Of a DNA stretch of 64,000 nucleotides, positions 25,708-35,600 are shown piece by piece. The stretch's first letter is position 1; each line of letters begins with the position of its first letter. Under the pieces are notes generated by a model. It was not told the origin of the DNA. It was given only the letters and a program-made list of their open reading frames with translations, and searched no databases. This stretch comes from Hydrurus foetidus (taxonomy: Eukaryota). The stretch spans positions 1 to 64,000 of the forward strand of contig UYFQ01000132.1 of the NCBI GenBank assembly GCA_900617105.1, given 5' to 3'. The translations under genes and the position numbers were made by a program.

Positions 25708-28700
25708 TCAGGTGATGTTGAGTAGTAAATTTCTTAGAGCTCTGAACTGCTCTCCTTGTAGGGGTTTGGTCAGCATATCCGCTAACATCTCTTTTGTCGG
25801 TTTGTAGGTCACTTGTACTTCTTTATTTTTTATCCGGTCTGTCAAGAAAAAGTACCGGATGTCTACATGTCTTGTCCGTTCGCTGTTGGATCTCCCGTTG
25901 GTTATAAGTTGGATTGTTGATTTGTTGTCTTGGAATATGATGGCTGGTCTGTTGGCGTATCCTTGGGCTATGATGAAGTAGCGGGTCCATAGTATTTGAT
26001 TCGCTGAATCACTAAGTCCCACTAACTCCGCCTCCGTACTCGACTTAGTAGTAAGTTTTGAGTGGAGCTCTTTGCATAGATGGATCCTCTGCCTAGGGTG
26101 ATGGTGCTTCCAGTGTGGCTCTTCATGTCTTGATGCACCCCATATGATGCATCTGTATAGGAGATGACAGTCAATGGATCGTCAATAGTGAGGGTGAGAC
26201 CGAGGTCTCGGGTACCACGTATGTACTGGACAGTACGTTCCAGCTTCTTCATATCATCCGTCTGGGGCTTCGTCACTCTCTTTGTCAAAAATGCTACCGG
26301 CGTTAAGATATCCGGTCTTGATCTTTTGCTAAGATAAAGCAACTTGGCTGTAATGGAATGAAAGTATTCACGAGCAGAAGTGGTTAACAATGGGTTAGTC
26401 GCTTCCGGTAAAACCGAAAATAAATCCGGCTTAGCCGGTGTAGGTGACACCCCTAGAATGTCTTTACAGTCTTCTAGCAGCTCCTTGATAAATCCTTCCA
26501 TAGTTATAATAACTTTTCCAGCTGTCTCAAAATTGAAGGTCATACCTATGTAATTAAGTACTTTTCCTCGATGTTTTGTTAGTCCAGGGTATAAGTTTTC
26601 AATTTCATCAATAACATAATCAACATGTTTTTCATCACAGCAAGTTATCATCATGTCATCAACGTGGATTATTAGTGTAGTTTGTTTATTATTAGATTCA
26701 GTTCTGTTAAACACACATATGTCATAAGGGTTTACAGTATACCCTAACAATGATAAGTCATGTGAGATTTTATCATACCATAATTTAGCAGATTCTACAC
26801 ATCCATACAATGCTTTTTCAGTTTAACAATGCATGTGCCTTTATCATTAACATATTTGGTATATGATTTATCAATAGATATTAACACTCCAGTCAAGTAT
26901 TTATTCAGTCGCATATATACAGTGTGAGTGCCCTCTAAAGGCATATCACTATTCAAAAATGCACCAGGAAAATCAATTGTAGCTATCGATCTACATTCAT
27001 GGGCAGCAATTGAAGCAACAATAAACACGCTAGTAGTACTAACAGTTGGTGAAGATCCATTGTCATATATATCTCTGTCTTGTAAGTGGCCTCCTGCTAC
27101 TAATCTAGACTTAAGCTTATCAAATTTACCGTCCGCCGTATACTTATCCTTTAAAAACATGCTACTAGTTATGATGTTGCTTCGTTGAGTCTGACTAAGA
27201 GAGCTGATCAACACTCCCTCCCAAACATCTTTTTCACACATCTGTTGCATTTCTTTTCTAATGGACTCTACAGCAATATTGCCTAACTTATCAATGCCAT
27301 CTTTAACAGTCATGTTGAAAGCATATGAAAAATTGGTGGATGGTACATGATTCACAGCACTACATCTTATAGTGTAATTTCCTCTCCTAGGAACCCATCT
27401 GCCTGGTTTATGATTTCTAGCGCTACGTCTCAAAGCAGGCTGTTCTATCTCAGGCATTGCATCGGTAAGTACGTCATCAACAGCGTACGTATTATCAATA
27501 ACATCATGTGGTTGATATGGTGTAAGTACATCATCTTCAGTGTGCACATCATCTACATCAGGTGTAACATATTCAGTCAAAGTATCGTCATACTCAACTG
27601 GTTCAATATTCACATCATCAGTTCCTGTCTGTGTGTAGTCAAAATCATCTTGATTATTCATGTCACTCATATCATTAATGTCAGGTACATCGGATATGAT
27701 ATCAATTTCGTTTATGTCATTCATCATGTATGGAACGGGTGCATCATGCTGTACGTTCATTTCATCAACGTATGAATCATCATACATTTCATCTGTGTGA
27801 GGTGTCACTGCATGGCTGAATCTACGCATATTTTTGTTATATATATTTTCATCATCATAGTCAAGTCCATCATCAACTATCACACGCTTATTCTGTTCAA
27901 ATATAGGTTGACTAGCATTATTATTTTTGTTAATGTTTCTCTTTTCAGATAATCCATTAATGTAAGTTATGACTTCATCAGGCATAGGTAATGATGTGGC
28001 TTTTGTACGTTTCACTATCTGTACGTTATTGAGTAACATGTAATACCAAGATCCCTCAAGGTTGCCTGCACTCATCAGCTCGATAGCACCTGAAGTTCTG
28101 GCTTTATTACTGTTATCAATATTGTCAGAATGTACTTGCACGTAGTCACCAAAACCATGTTTCAGTTCTTTATCTACGTTAATCTTTCTACCGTATAGTT
28201 TCTCCCTAGGGCTAACATAGTCAACAGTGTTCCTTGTCGGAACTAACACTATACGGTTAACAGCATATCTAACTAACCATCCTTCTAACTTCTCAGTTAA
28301 TTTAAAAGGTAGTGTGTTAATAACTGCTCTAACTCTCTCTTTAATCTGTCTTATCTTACGCTCAACTACTGTGACTGCCTCTCCTGCACCTGTCGTATCT
28401 AGTGCAGTACCTATACTAGCTAACTTAGTTTCAAACCAAACTGAATTGATCGCGCCTTCACCATCAACTCTAACTAAATCTAATTTGAAACCATACTTAG
28501 TAATATGTCTAATATCGCTCTCTAGGCTAGTCCATAGTGTGAGGTTTGTTCTATTATTTAACTTATTTACCATAACATATTCTAATGGCTTAACAACGGC
28601 AATTAAAAATGGGTTGCCGTTAACAAACATTATGTCTATGTACATTATCTGTTTTAAATCTTGTATGTTATCTAACAGAGGTTGCTCATCTTCAACCTGT

Positions 28701-29530
28701 GCCTGATGGCTTGGCGTTTTGCCCTTTAGGGAGCCCAAGTCAGGACCCAAGATATCCAATGACCTAACTACATCTTGGGCTGTAATGTTGCTATTGACTA
28801 GTTTACCTTGACCTATCAGCTTAATTAGCTGACCTGGACTAACGTAACCTAATTTCCTCTGATATTCTCTAGCTAACTCAGCCTGTTTTACCTGTCTAAC
28901 TGTATACTTTTTCGTCTTGTCGTTCACAGTAGTAACTAACATTAACTTAGGTTTGCTTACCATAGTGTTCAAGTTACATATATATATATTATATTTAATA
29001 TCCCTATTGAAGTAATACCAACATCCGCCTCTTTTAATTTGCAAACTGTAAAAATCACCTTTGCTATCATACTTCACTGAGTGACTATTATTTACCATAT
29101 TTGCAAAAGACAAAATGTTTGCTATACAGTTAGGGTCATAGTAGACTACTCCAAAATCTGTCCTCCCGCACTCTGTGATCGTCAATGGCTCTCCTCAAGT
29201 GTTTACTCCATTAACGACCATAGGTGTATGTGCAGGTACTATATCATAGAACAGTGTGTCAGTCCTAAACACTGATTCGCCAGCACATGTATCAAGCAAC
29301 AGCAAATCATCACCAAACACTTCAGGATTGTCAGTGATATCTATGCTAAATATGTTGCTATCTACGGTTATCGTGTCCGTCTCTATCTCAGAATCTTGAT
29401 CATCTATATATTTAATTTGTACATATCTAGAAATGCGTACGTGCTTGTCAATTTTATCCACAACATCAGTCACATCATTATTAACATTACTAATCATGTC
29501 ATCATGTAAAGAATCATATAACTGACTTAC
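25708..29530 (-). pseudogene. Copia-1 pol (PR-IN-RT-RH) with an in-frame TGA at 29195 and frameshifts near 26815 and 26057
   Basis: LLDTCAG protease; IDIMF/DGEGA/ERKIR integrase; KSRLVAGG, DFPGAFLN, LYGCVES, HVDD RT; TDASY, SSTEAEL, QDN, ADMLTKPL RNase H. Confidence 0.92.
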
Positions 29531-30765
29531 TTTCCCTTTCCTTTGCCGGGCGGTGTCGTGGATTTTCCACCGGGGCTCTTGCCTCCTTCGTCTCCCCAGT
29601 ATTGGGCTACCGTGTCTGCGGGGTCTCCCCTGCACTCGTAGGCCAGGTGGCCGAATTTTCCACAGTTGTTACAAGGGCCTCTCTTGTACCCCTTGGGTGG
29701 TGTGGCTGATGCAGTGTAAACTGCTGCGGTAGCTGCAGGAGATCCTTTCTCGCTGCTGTTGCTGTCGGGCGAGTCTATCCCATCCCTCACCCACCTAGCG
29801 CCAGGCGCGCTCTTCCCGTTATGTCCTCCGGGGTATCCTCCGCGCCCTCCTTTCTTTCCTCCTCTCCCAGTCATGGAGAAGGCATTGGCTCGTTCCATAG
29901 CACCCGGTGAGTTGTTCAATATCTTCGTTGGTCTGAACTTCGACGCTTCGTTGTAGGACTCCTCTAGACTGTCTGGCCATATCTTCAGACTATTAATATA
30001 AAAGTTTTTGAACTCCGAATAGTAGTTGTTAAGTTCCAGTATGAACTTTACTGCCATTCTCCCTTCAGGATATAGATCATCTAACCCCGTCCTGCCAGCC
30101 GCCTCAAACGCTTGTTGGATAGCGGTGAGGGCTGACTTAGTGTTGGTCAGGTACGTACTTAAATGCTCGTGTGGTTGCATGACTAAATGATCATATCTCT
30201 GTTGGATATTATGCATTTGGTGCTCCGCACCAAGTGTTGAGTCTCCAACGTGAGTAGCAAGGATGGCTTGCATTAATTTCCTAGGGTCCTGCTCTGATTC
30301 TGCTTGGACTCCTACGTTGACTTCCTTCACTCTTATCTTTGAATTTTCGGACATCTGTCCGACCATTGCTCCATAGAGATTCTGTTTGTCCTCCTCTAGC
30401 TTTGATCGAGCTTTTATGTGCTCTGCTTGCTCAAGTTTCCATATATCCCTGTCGTCCTGGCTTGCTCCATCTCCAGGTGGTGGTGGTGTAGCTAGGACTG
30501 GGTAGTCGCCTAAAGTGCCGTCTGCACCAAATATAAGACTAACTTTAGACTTAAAAGTTGTCATGGCGTGCTCCTTCATCTTTCCCATGAACTTAGTTAC
30601 AGCTCCAGGGACAATGTCCTTTCCCGGTTGTAAATCTAAGTAAGTTCCAATTGACGGGATGTTTCCTTTAATGTGGTTATTTGCGCCAGCTCCTCTGCCA
30701 CGGTTACCAAAATATCCTCCTCCTTTGCCACGTCCTTGTGGTGGAGGGTTTCCACGCCCTTTCAT
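29527..30765 (-). CDS. Copia-1 gag
   Basis: ATG 40 nt from the 5' LTR; CNNCGKFGHLAYEC knuckle; RGG-rich segments. Confidence 0.88.
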   Translation of the reverse strand: MKGRGNPPPQGRGKGGGYFGNRGRGAGANNHIKGNIPSIGTYLDLQPGKDIVPGAVTKFMGKMKEHAMTTFKSKVSLIFGADGTLGDYPVLATPPPPGDGASQDDRDIWKLEQAEHIKARSKLEEDKQNLYGAMVGQMSENSKIRVKEVNVGVQAESEQDPRKLMQAILATHVGDSTLGAEHQMHNIQQRYDHLVMQPHEHLSTYLTNTKSALTAIQQAFEAAGRTGLDDLYPEGRMAVKFILELNNYYSEFKNFYINSLKIWPDSLEESYNEASKFRPTKILNNSPGAMERANAFSMTGRGGKKGGRGGYPGGHNGKSAPGARWVRDGIDSPDSNSSEKGSPAATAAVYTASATPPKGYKRGPCNNCGKFGHLAYECRGDPADTVAQYWGDEGGKSPGGKSTTPPGKGKGK

Positions 30766-32678
30766 AGTTGCAATGTCGTATTGCAATCTATGAAGTGCTA
30801 ATTATGTTGTGATTTGTGGTCTCACAAGGGCATACGTATGTGCCAGTACGGCTGGTCACAAGCTCCCCACTGCTCTCTCCGAGGGCTCTTTACTCGTCGC
30901 AATTCGTTTGCGAGAGAAGAGTTGGAATCGGCTACGAGATTGGGTTAATTAGCACTGCCACAGTGCAGTGATCGCAAGTTGTCAACGTTGTATTGGTACC
31001 AGTTTTAGTGTCTCTAGTCTACGTGTGTATGTCGTATGTCAGGCGTTTGAATCAGCATGTACGTACGACCTAGGGTTCATTCAATACGGATAATAGCATC
31101 ACAAGTTGTATTTTGTATATCAGTGTGTATTTAGTATATGGTTATTTTATATGATATTACTACACGGCCAGGCCGACGCCTGATTTGGTCGTCGGCCACA
31201 AGCTCTAATTATATGAGTATAGACCTGCGTAGGGGCATAGGCATATGCGCATATATATGCAAACGGAAAATAAGCCTATATATGCGCTTATATAAGCAAG
31301 ACCTAATTACATATGCAAATTACTATAACAGGCCTAATGTGGATTAGTATATGAACCCAGTACAGAATACAGATTTATATGTACAGATTTTTTATATACA
31401 GATTTTTTACAGATCCTGCCGCTAGTGCTGAAGGAGCCATGCATGATGACGAGGAAGAGAACTTAGAGATCGATTTCGAGTACGATGTTCCTGACTTAGG
31501 AAGAGACGTATTAGCGGCTCTACTGGCTGCAGCTGGTGTGCAGGAGCATGGAGATTTTGGAATGTGATGGCCTTGTTCGAATCGATAGTTCTGCTGGCCG
31601 CAGCTAAAGTGCAGGAAATATTAAGATTTGAAATGTGACCACCTTGTTGTAATCGATTTTAATGATCTAGCGTATTTGTCTCAATGTATATAACGTACAA
31701 CACTGGTCACTTCAATCGACTATCTTTTCTGATGCGACTTACATAAAATAGACTTTACACTCTATTCCTCAACTTTGAGCCTCTCGATCGCGATCAACAA
31801 TCACAAACCCAAGATGACGGCAGAGCACATTGATTTCTTCAGATGCTGGACTTCTGACGATTGATTTCTTGTTCGGAACGCTCTAATTATCAGGTAAGAG
31901 AATCGCAGGGTGCTTTGAGCAACCGAAACCTTATTCCTGTGGATCGCAAAAATCTCAATCAGAGACGAGTTTTTCTGATGCCTCGATTTGATCCCCCAGA
32001 TTAATCGAGGTCGTCTGATCAGACAGGATCGATCTTTGAGGTGTCGTGATGGGGCTGCGAGTGGATTTCTTTCCCTTGAAGGTGTGAGTAATGACATTTT
32101 GCCGATTGTGTCATCACATTGGGTGCATGGTTTTTAGCGACTATTTTGTCGTGTGCCACAGTCAATTAATTGATTCAGCTGCTGCCTCTTTGCACCTGAT
32201 ATGCTGTGGGGTCTTGAACGAAGTCTGTGAGCTCCAATCTGCTGAATCTGTCGTCCCTAGAAATCGGCAGCTTCTTTTTTGACCATCTCTTCTCTATATC
32301 TCTCCTTCTCCAGTTCTTTCATCAAGGAATGAACCCTCTTTGACTGCGGTACGAAGTAGGTGGAGATGTTTTTCATCTTCTTCAAGTTGCTTGACCACTC
32401 TGCTATGAATATTACTCCTATGCATGGCTCATCGCACAGCTCAGGAACGTGCATGGCTCAAGATGGCATCATTTCCTGAGTGCCGATGCACGGGTATAGG
32501 ATAATTTGAAAATCTTGAGCATCCGATCCTGAGCTATCCGAGCTTTACGTTACTCTCCGTATAGTTTCTATACGGTACTTCTCACTCCTCAATGCATATA
32601 TTTTGCATATATATGCATGACCGGATGAAAAGTGCATATTGCCTATATATAAAAAGATTTTTTTGCCTATGCCCCTTC

Positions 32679-35600
32679 TGTTGGAGAATCTTTAGGTTCC
32701 TAACACTGGAGTGAGGAACGCGGACCTTCAGTCTGGAGATTCGAATACCAAGGCTTGTGAGATGAGACTCTTGTTATCAATATTCACTTGTTAATTTGAC
32801 TGTGCCTCATCCCTACTGAAGCCCTGAGTCCCCTTTCAATGCAATGATAAATTCAAATCTTACTCTACTGTTGAAGTACGGTGATCCAACCAGGTCCATA
32901 CATCTTCACCACGTATGCACACACACACACACACAGGTTAATCCGTATGCCGCTGTACGAATGCATAAGTACACATAATGTGTTCGTGTCATGAACTCAG
33001 ATATATCCAACACACCCCTATGTCACCACACATTTGTTCGCAGTTTGATATTCAAGCATTCGTTTTCTAATAATATTTAATAGTTTAAGCTAAGTCTTTG
33101 TCTGGCCACCCCGTGACCCCATATCTCTCCGATTTGTACTGCGCTCCCTGGAGCGGTTTGGTCAGCATGTTTGCATACATGTCCTTTGTCCCGAGGTGCA
33201 CGACCTTGGCCTCACCCATGTCGACTCGCTCCTTCAGCCAGAAGTACTTGATAGAGATGTGTCTAGTGCGCTCTGCCGCTGACCGCCCGCGATCGATAAG
33301 TGCCATGCATGACATGTTGTCTTCGTAGATAGTCACTGGTCCACAGGAGTGTCCTTGACCTATGATGAAATTTCTGACGTGTAGAGCTTGGTTAGCGGAG
33401 TCAGACAGCGCCACCAGTTCTGCCTCCGTACTCGACTTCGTCACGATCTGCTGCTTCGCAGATTTGCAGTGCACTGCACCCCTGCTTCCCACCACGATAC
33501 AACTACCAGTGTGCGATCTTCCGTCCGGGTGCACTCCGTACGCTGCATCTATCAGGACGCTCACAACTATCCCCTTGTCTCCTGGAGCGAATATTATCCC
33601 GCGTTCTCTCGTCGCCCAGATGTATCTCATCAGCCTGTCCAGTTTCGCTAGGTCGTCCGTAGTGCACTTCGTCACTCGAGTGGCGAGGAAAGCCACGGCA
33701 GTCAGACAGTCCGGTCTAGCTCGCTTCGCAAGGTACAACATCTTCGCTACTTGTCTGTGAAAAATGACTCTTTGTTCCTCGGTTACCTCTGCGATGTCTG
33801 GTCTCACGTCGAATAGTCCCTCCGTCGCTGGTGTTCGTGCACCCTTCACCGTCCCTACTTCCTTCAGCATGTAATCCACGTAGCCTGTCATCGATACTTT
33901 CGCTACACCTGGTGCTGTCAGGTCGAACACCATTCCAAGGTAGTTGACGACAGGCCCGTCTTTTCTCGTGATCTCGCCGTATCTCCTCTCCAGTCCGGCT
34001 GCTAGCGAATCGATCATGTCCGTATCCGTGCTTGTGATCATCAGGTCGTCTACGTGGATAGCTATGGAGCACTGCACTCCGCGAGCACGCATATGTCGTA
34101 TACATTCGATTTGTACCCCAGATTGTGTAGGCTCGCTCTGAGGTTCTCGTACCATAGTGCGGCTGATTCCACACATCCATACAAAGCCTTGTCTAGTCTC
34201 ACGACGACGCATCCCCTATCGTCCATGAACTTTGAATAGTGTGGTGCAAGCTTTACCATCATTCCTGTCATGTTCTTATCTAGTCTCATATGAACCGTGA
34301 GTCCGGTGTCCATGTCAGCGTTTAAATATGCACCACTGATGTCTATAGCTGTCACTTTGCGACCTTCGTGCGCTGCGATACACAGCAGGGTAAATACAGA
34401 GCTGGTTCCCACGGTTGGTGCGGACAGGTCATCGTAAAGCGTCTTGTCCTGCTGGTCGCCGCCAGCCACAAGTCTAGCTTTGAGTTTCTCAAATTCTCCG
34501 CTCGCAAGGAATTTCTCCTTTAAGAACATACTCGATCTGATTATGCGTGCCTTCTCCTCTCTTGGAAGTCTCTGCACGTCCACGGGTGTCCACACTTTCT
34601 TCTCTATCATTTGGCTGAGTTCTTTCATTATCACACACTCTGCGTCCTTTCCTCTCGTACGCAATGCCTCATTCACCGATATGTTTAGTACATACTCTGT
34701 CCAGTCTCCACCTGCTGAGTTGTAATTACGTGTGAGGAGCGCCGCCCCTTGTCTGTCTCCTCTGAACATGTTCATCAGCTTCTGTCTAGGTATCACCATG
34801 TGTCCGACTGACGAGTATCTGTTCTCTTCATCGAGTGTTTCGCTGTTTTTCTCTGTAATTTCTGTGCCTATTGCTCTGTTCTCCCCATAGTCCTCGGGGA
34901 CTCCTTGCTCATCAGCGTCCTCGTGTGGAGATGCACGTGGTTGACCTACTGCGAGCTGTCTGAAACTGCTCATGAGATCTTCCATTTCGACCGCTTTCGG
35001 TTCTACACGCACTCTCTGAGCAGGCACCATGTCATCCACGTAGTTCGACTCTTCGATGTGCAAGTCATCCTGCTGAGTCTCACCCACATCGTCCATCACT
35101 TGGTCCGTTTCGCAGTATATCAGTTCCTGATTGTGATTCGCATCCATAAGAGACACCGATGGATCAACCCCATTGTTCACCTCTGCCACCATAGTCTCGG
35201 GTAGACCGTTTCTGACGTCCCCATCTTGCTCGAAGGTCACAGTTCGTCTCACTAAATCATCCTTCCCTTTGACTCTCCCATCAGCCAGTGCTAGCTCGTT
35301 CAACTTCTTAATGACTGACTCGGGCATCGGCATGACAACGAATTGATCTCTGTTGACGAGCTTCCCTGTTGCTAACGAGAGCATTCTGACAGTCCCGGTG
35401 CGGTTCCCTAGTGGGAGCATAGCGACGCAATCTTCTGTTCTCGATTTGAGTGTCGCATCCGTGTTCGGCACTGTGCATTGCACGTAGTCGCCGAACGAAC
35501 ATCGGAAGTCTCTCTTGCCATCTGGTTTCCTTCCTATAAAAGCCTCTCTTGGGCTGGGACCCCATTCCCGATCCCCCGCGGGTTCATAGTTCAGCCTTGA

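Larger units (their letters stand above)
24834..31164 (-). mobile_element. Copia/Ty1 LTR retrotransposon, family 1
   Basis: 360-bp LTRs 24834-25193 and 30805-31164 (TG...CA, 1 difference seen), 5-bp TSD CGGCC, domain order gag-PR-IN-RT-RH, PPT-like CATAGGGGTG. Confidence 0.97.
20375..31207. mobile_element. ~280-bp TIR element (MITE) expanded to 10.8 kb by three nested insertions
   Basis: Perfect 15-bp TIR TAGAGCTTGTGGCCG (20375) / CGGCCACAAGCTCTA (31193-31207); GGCCG-rich subterminal motifs at both ends; no 8-bp TSD. Confidence 0.7.
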
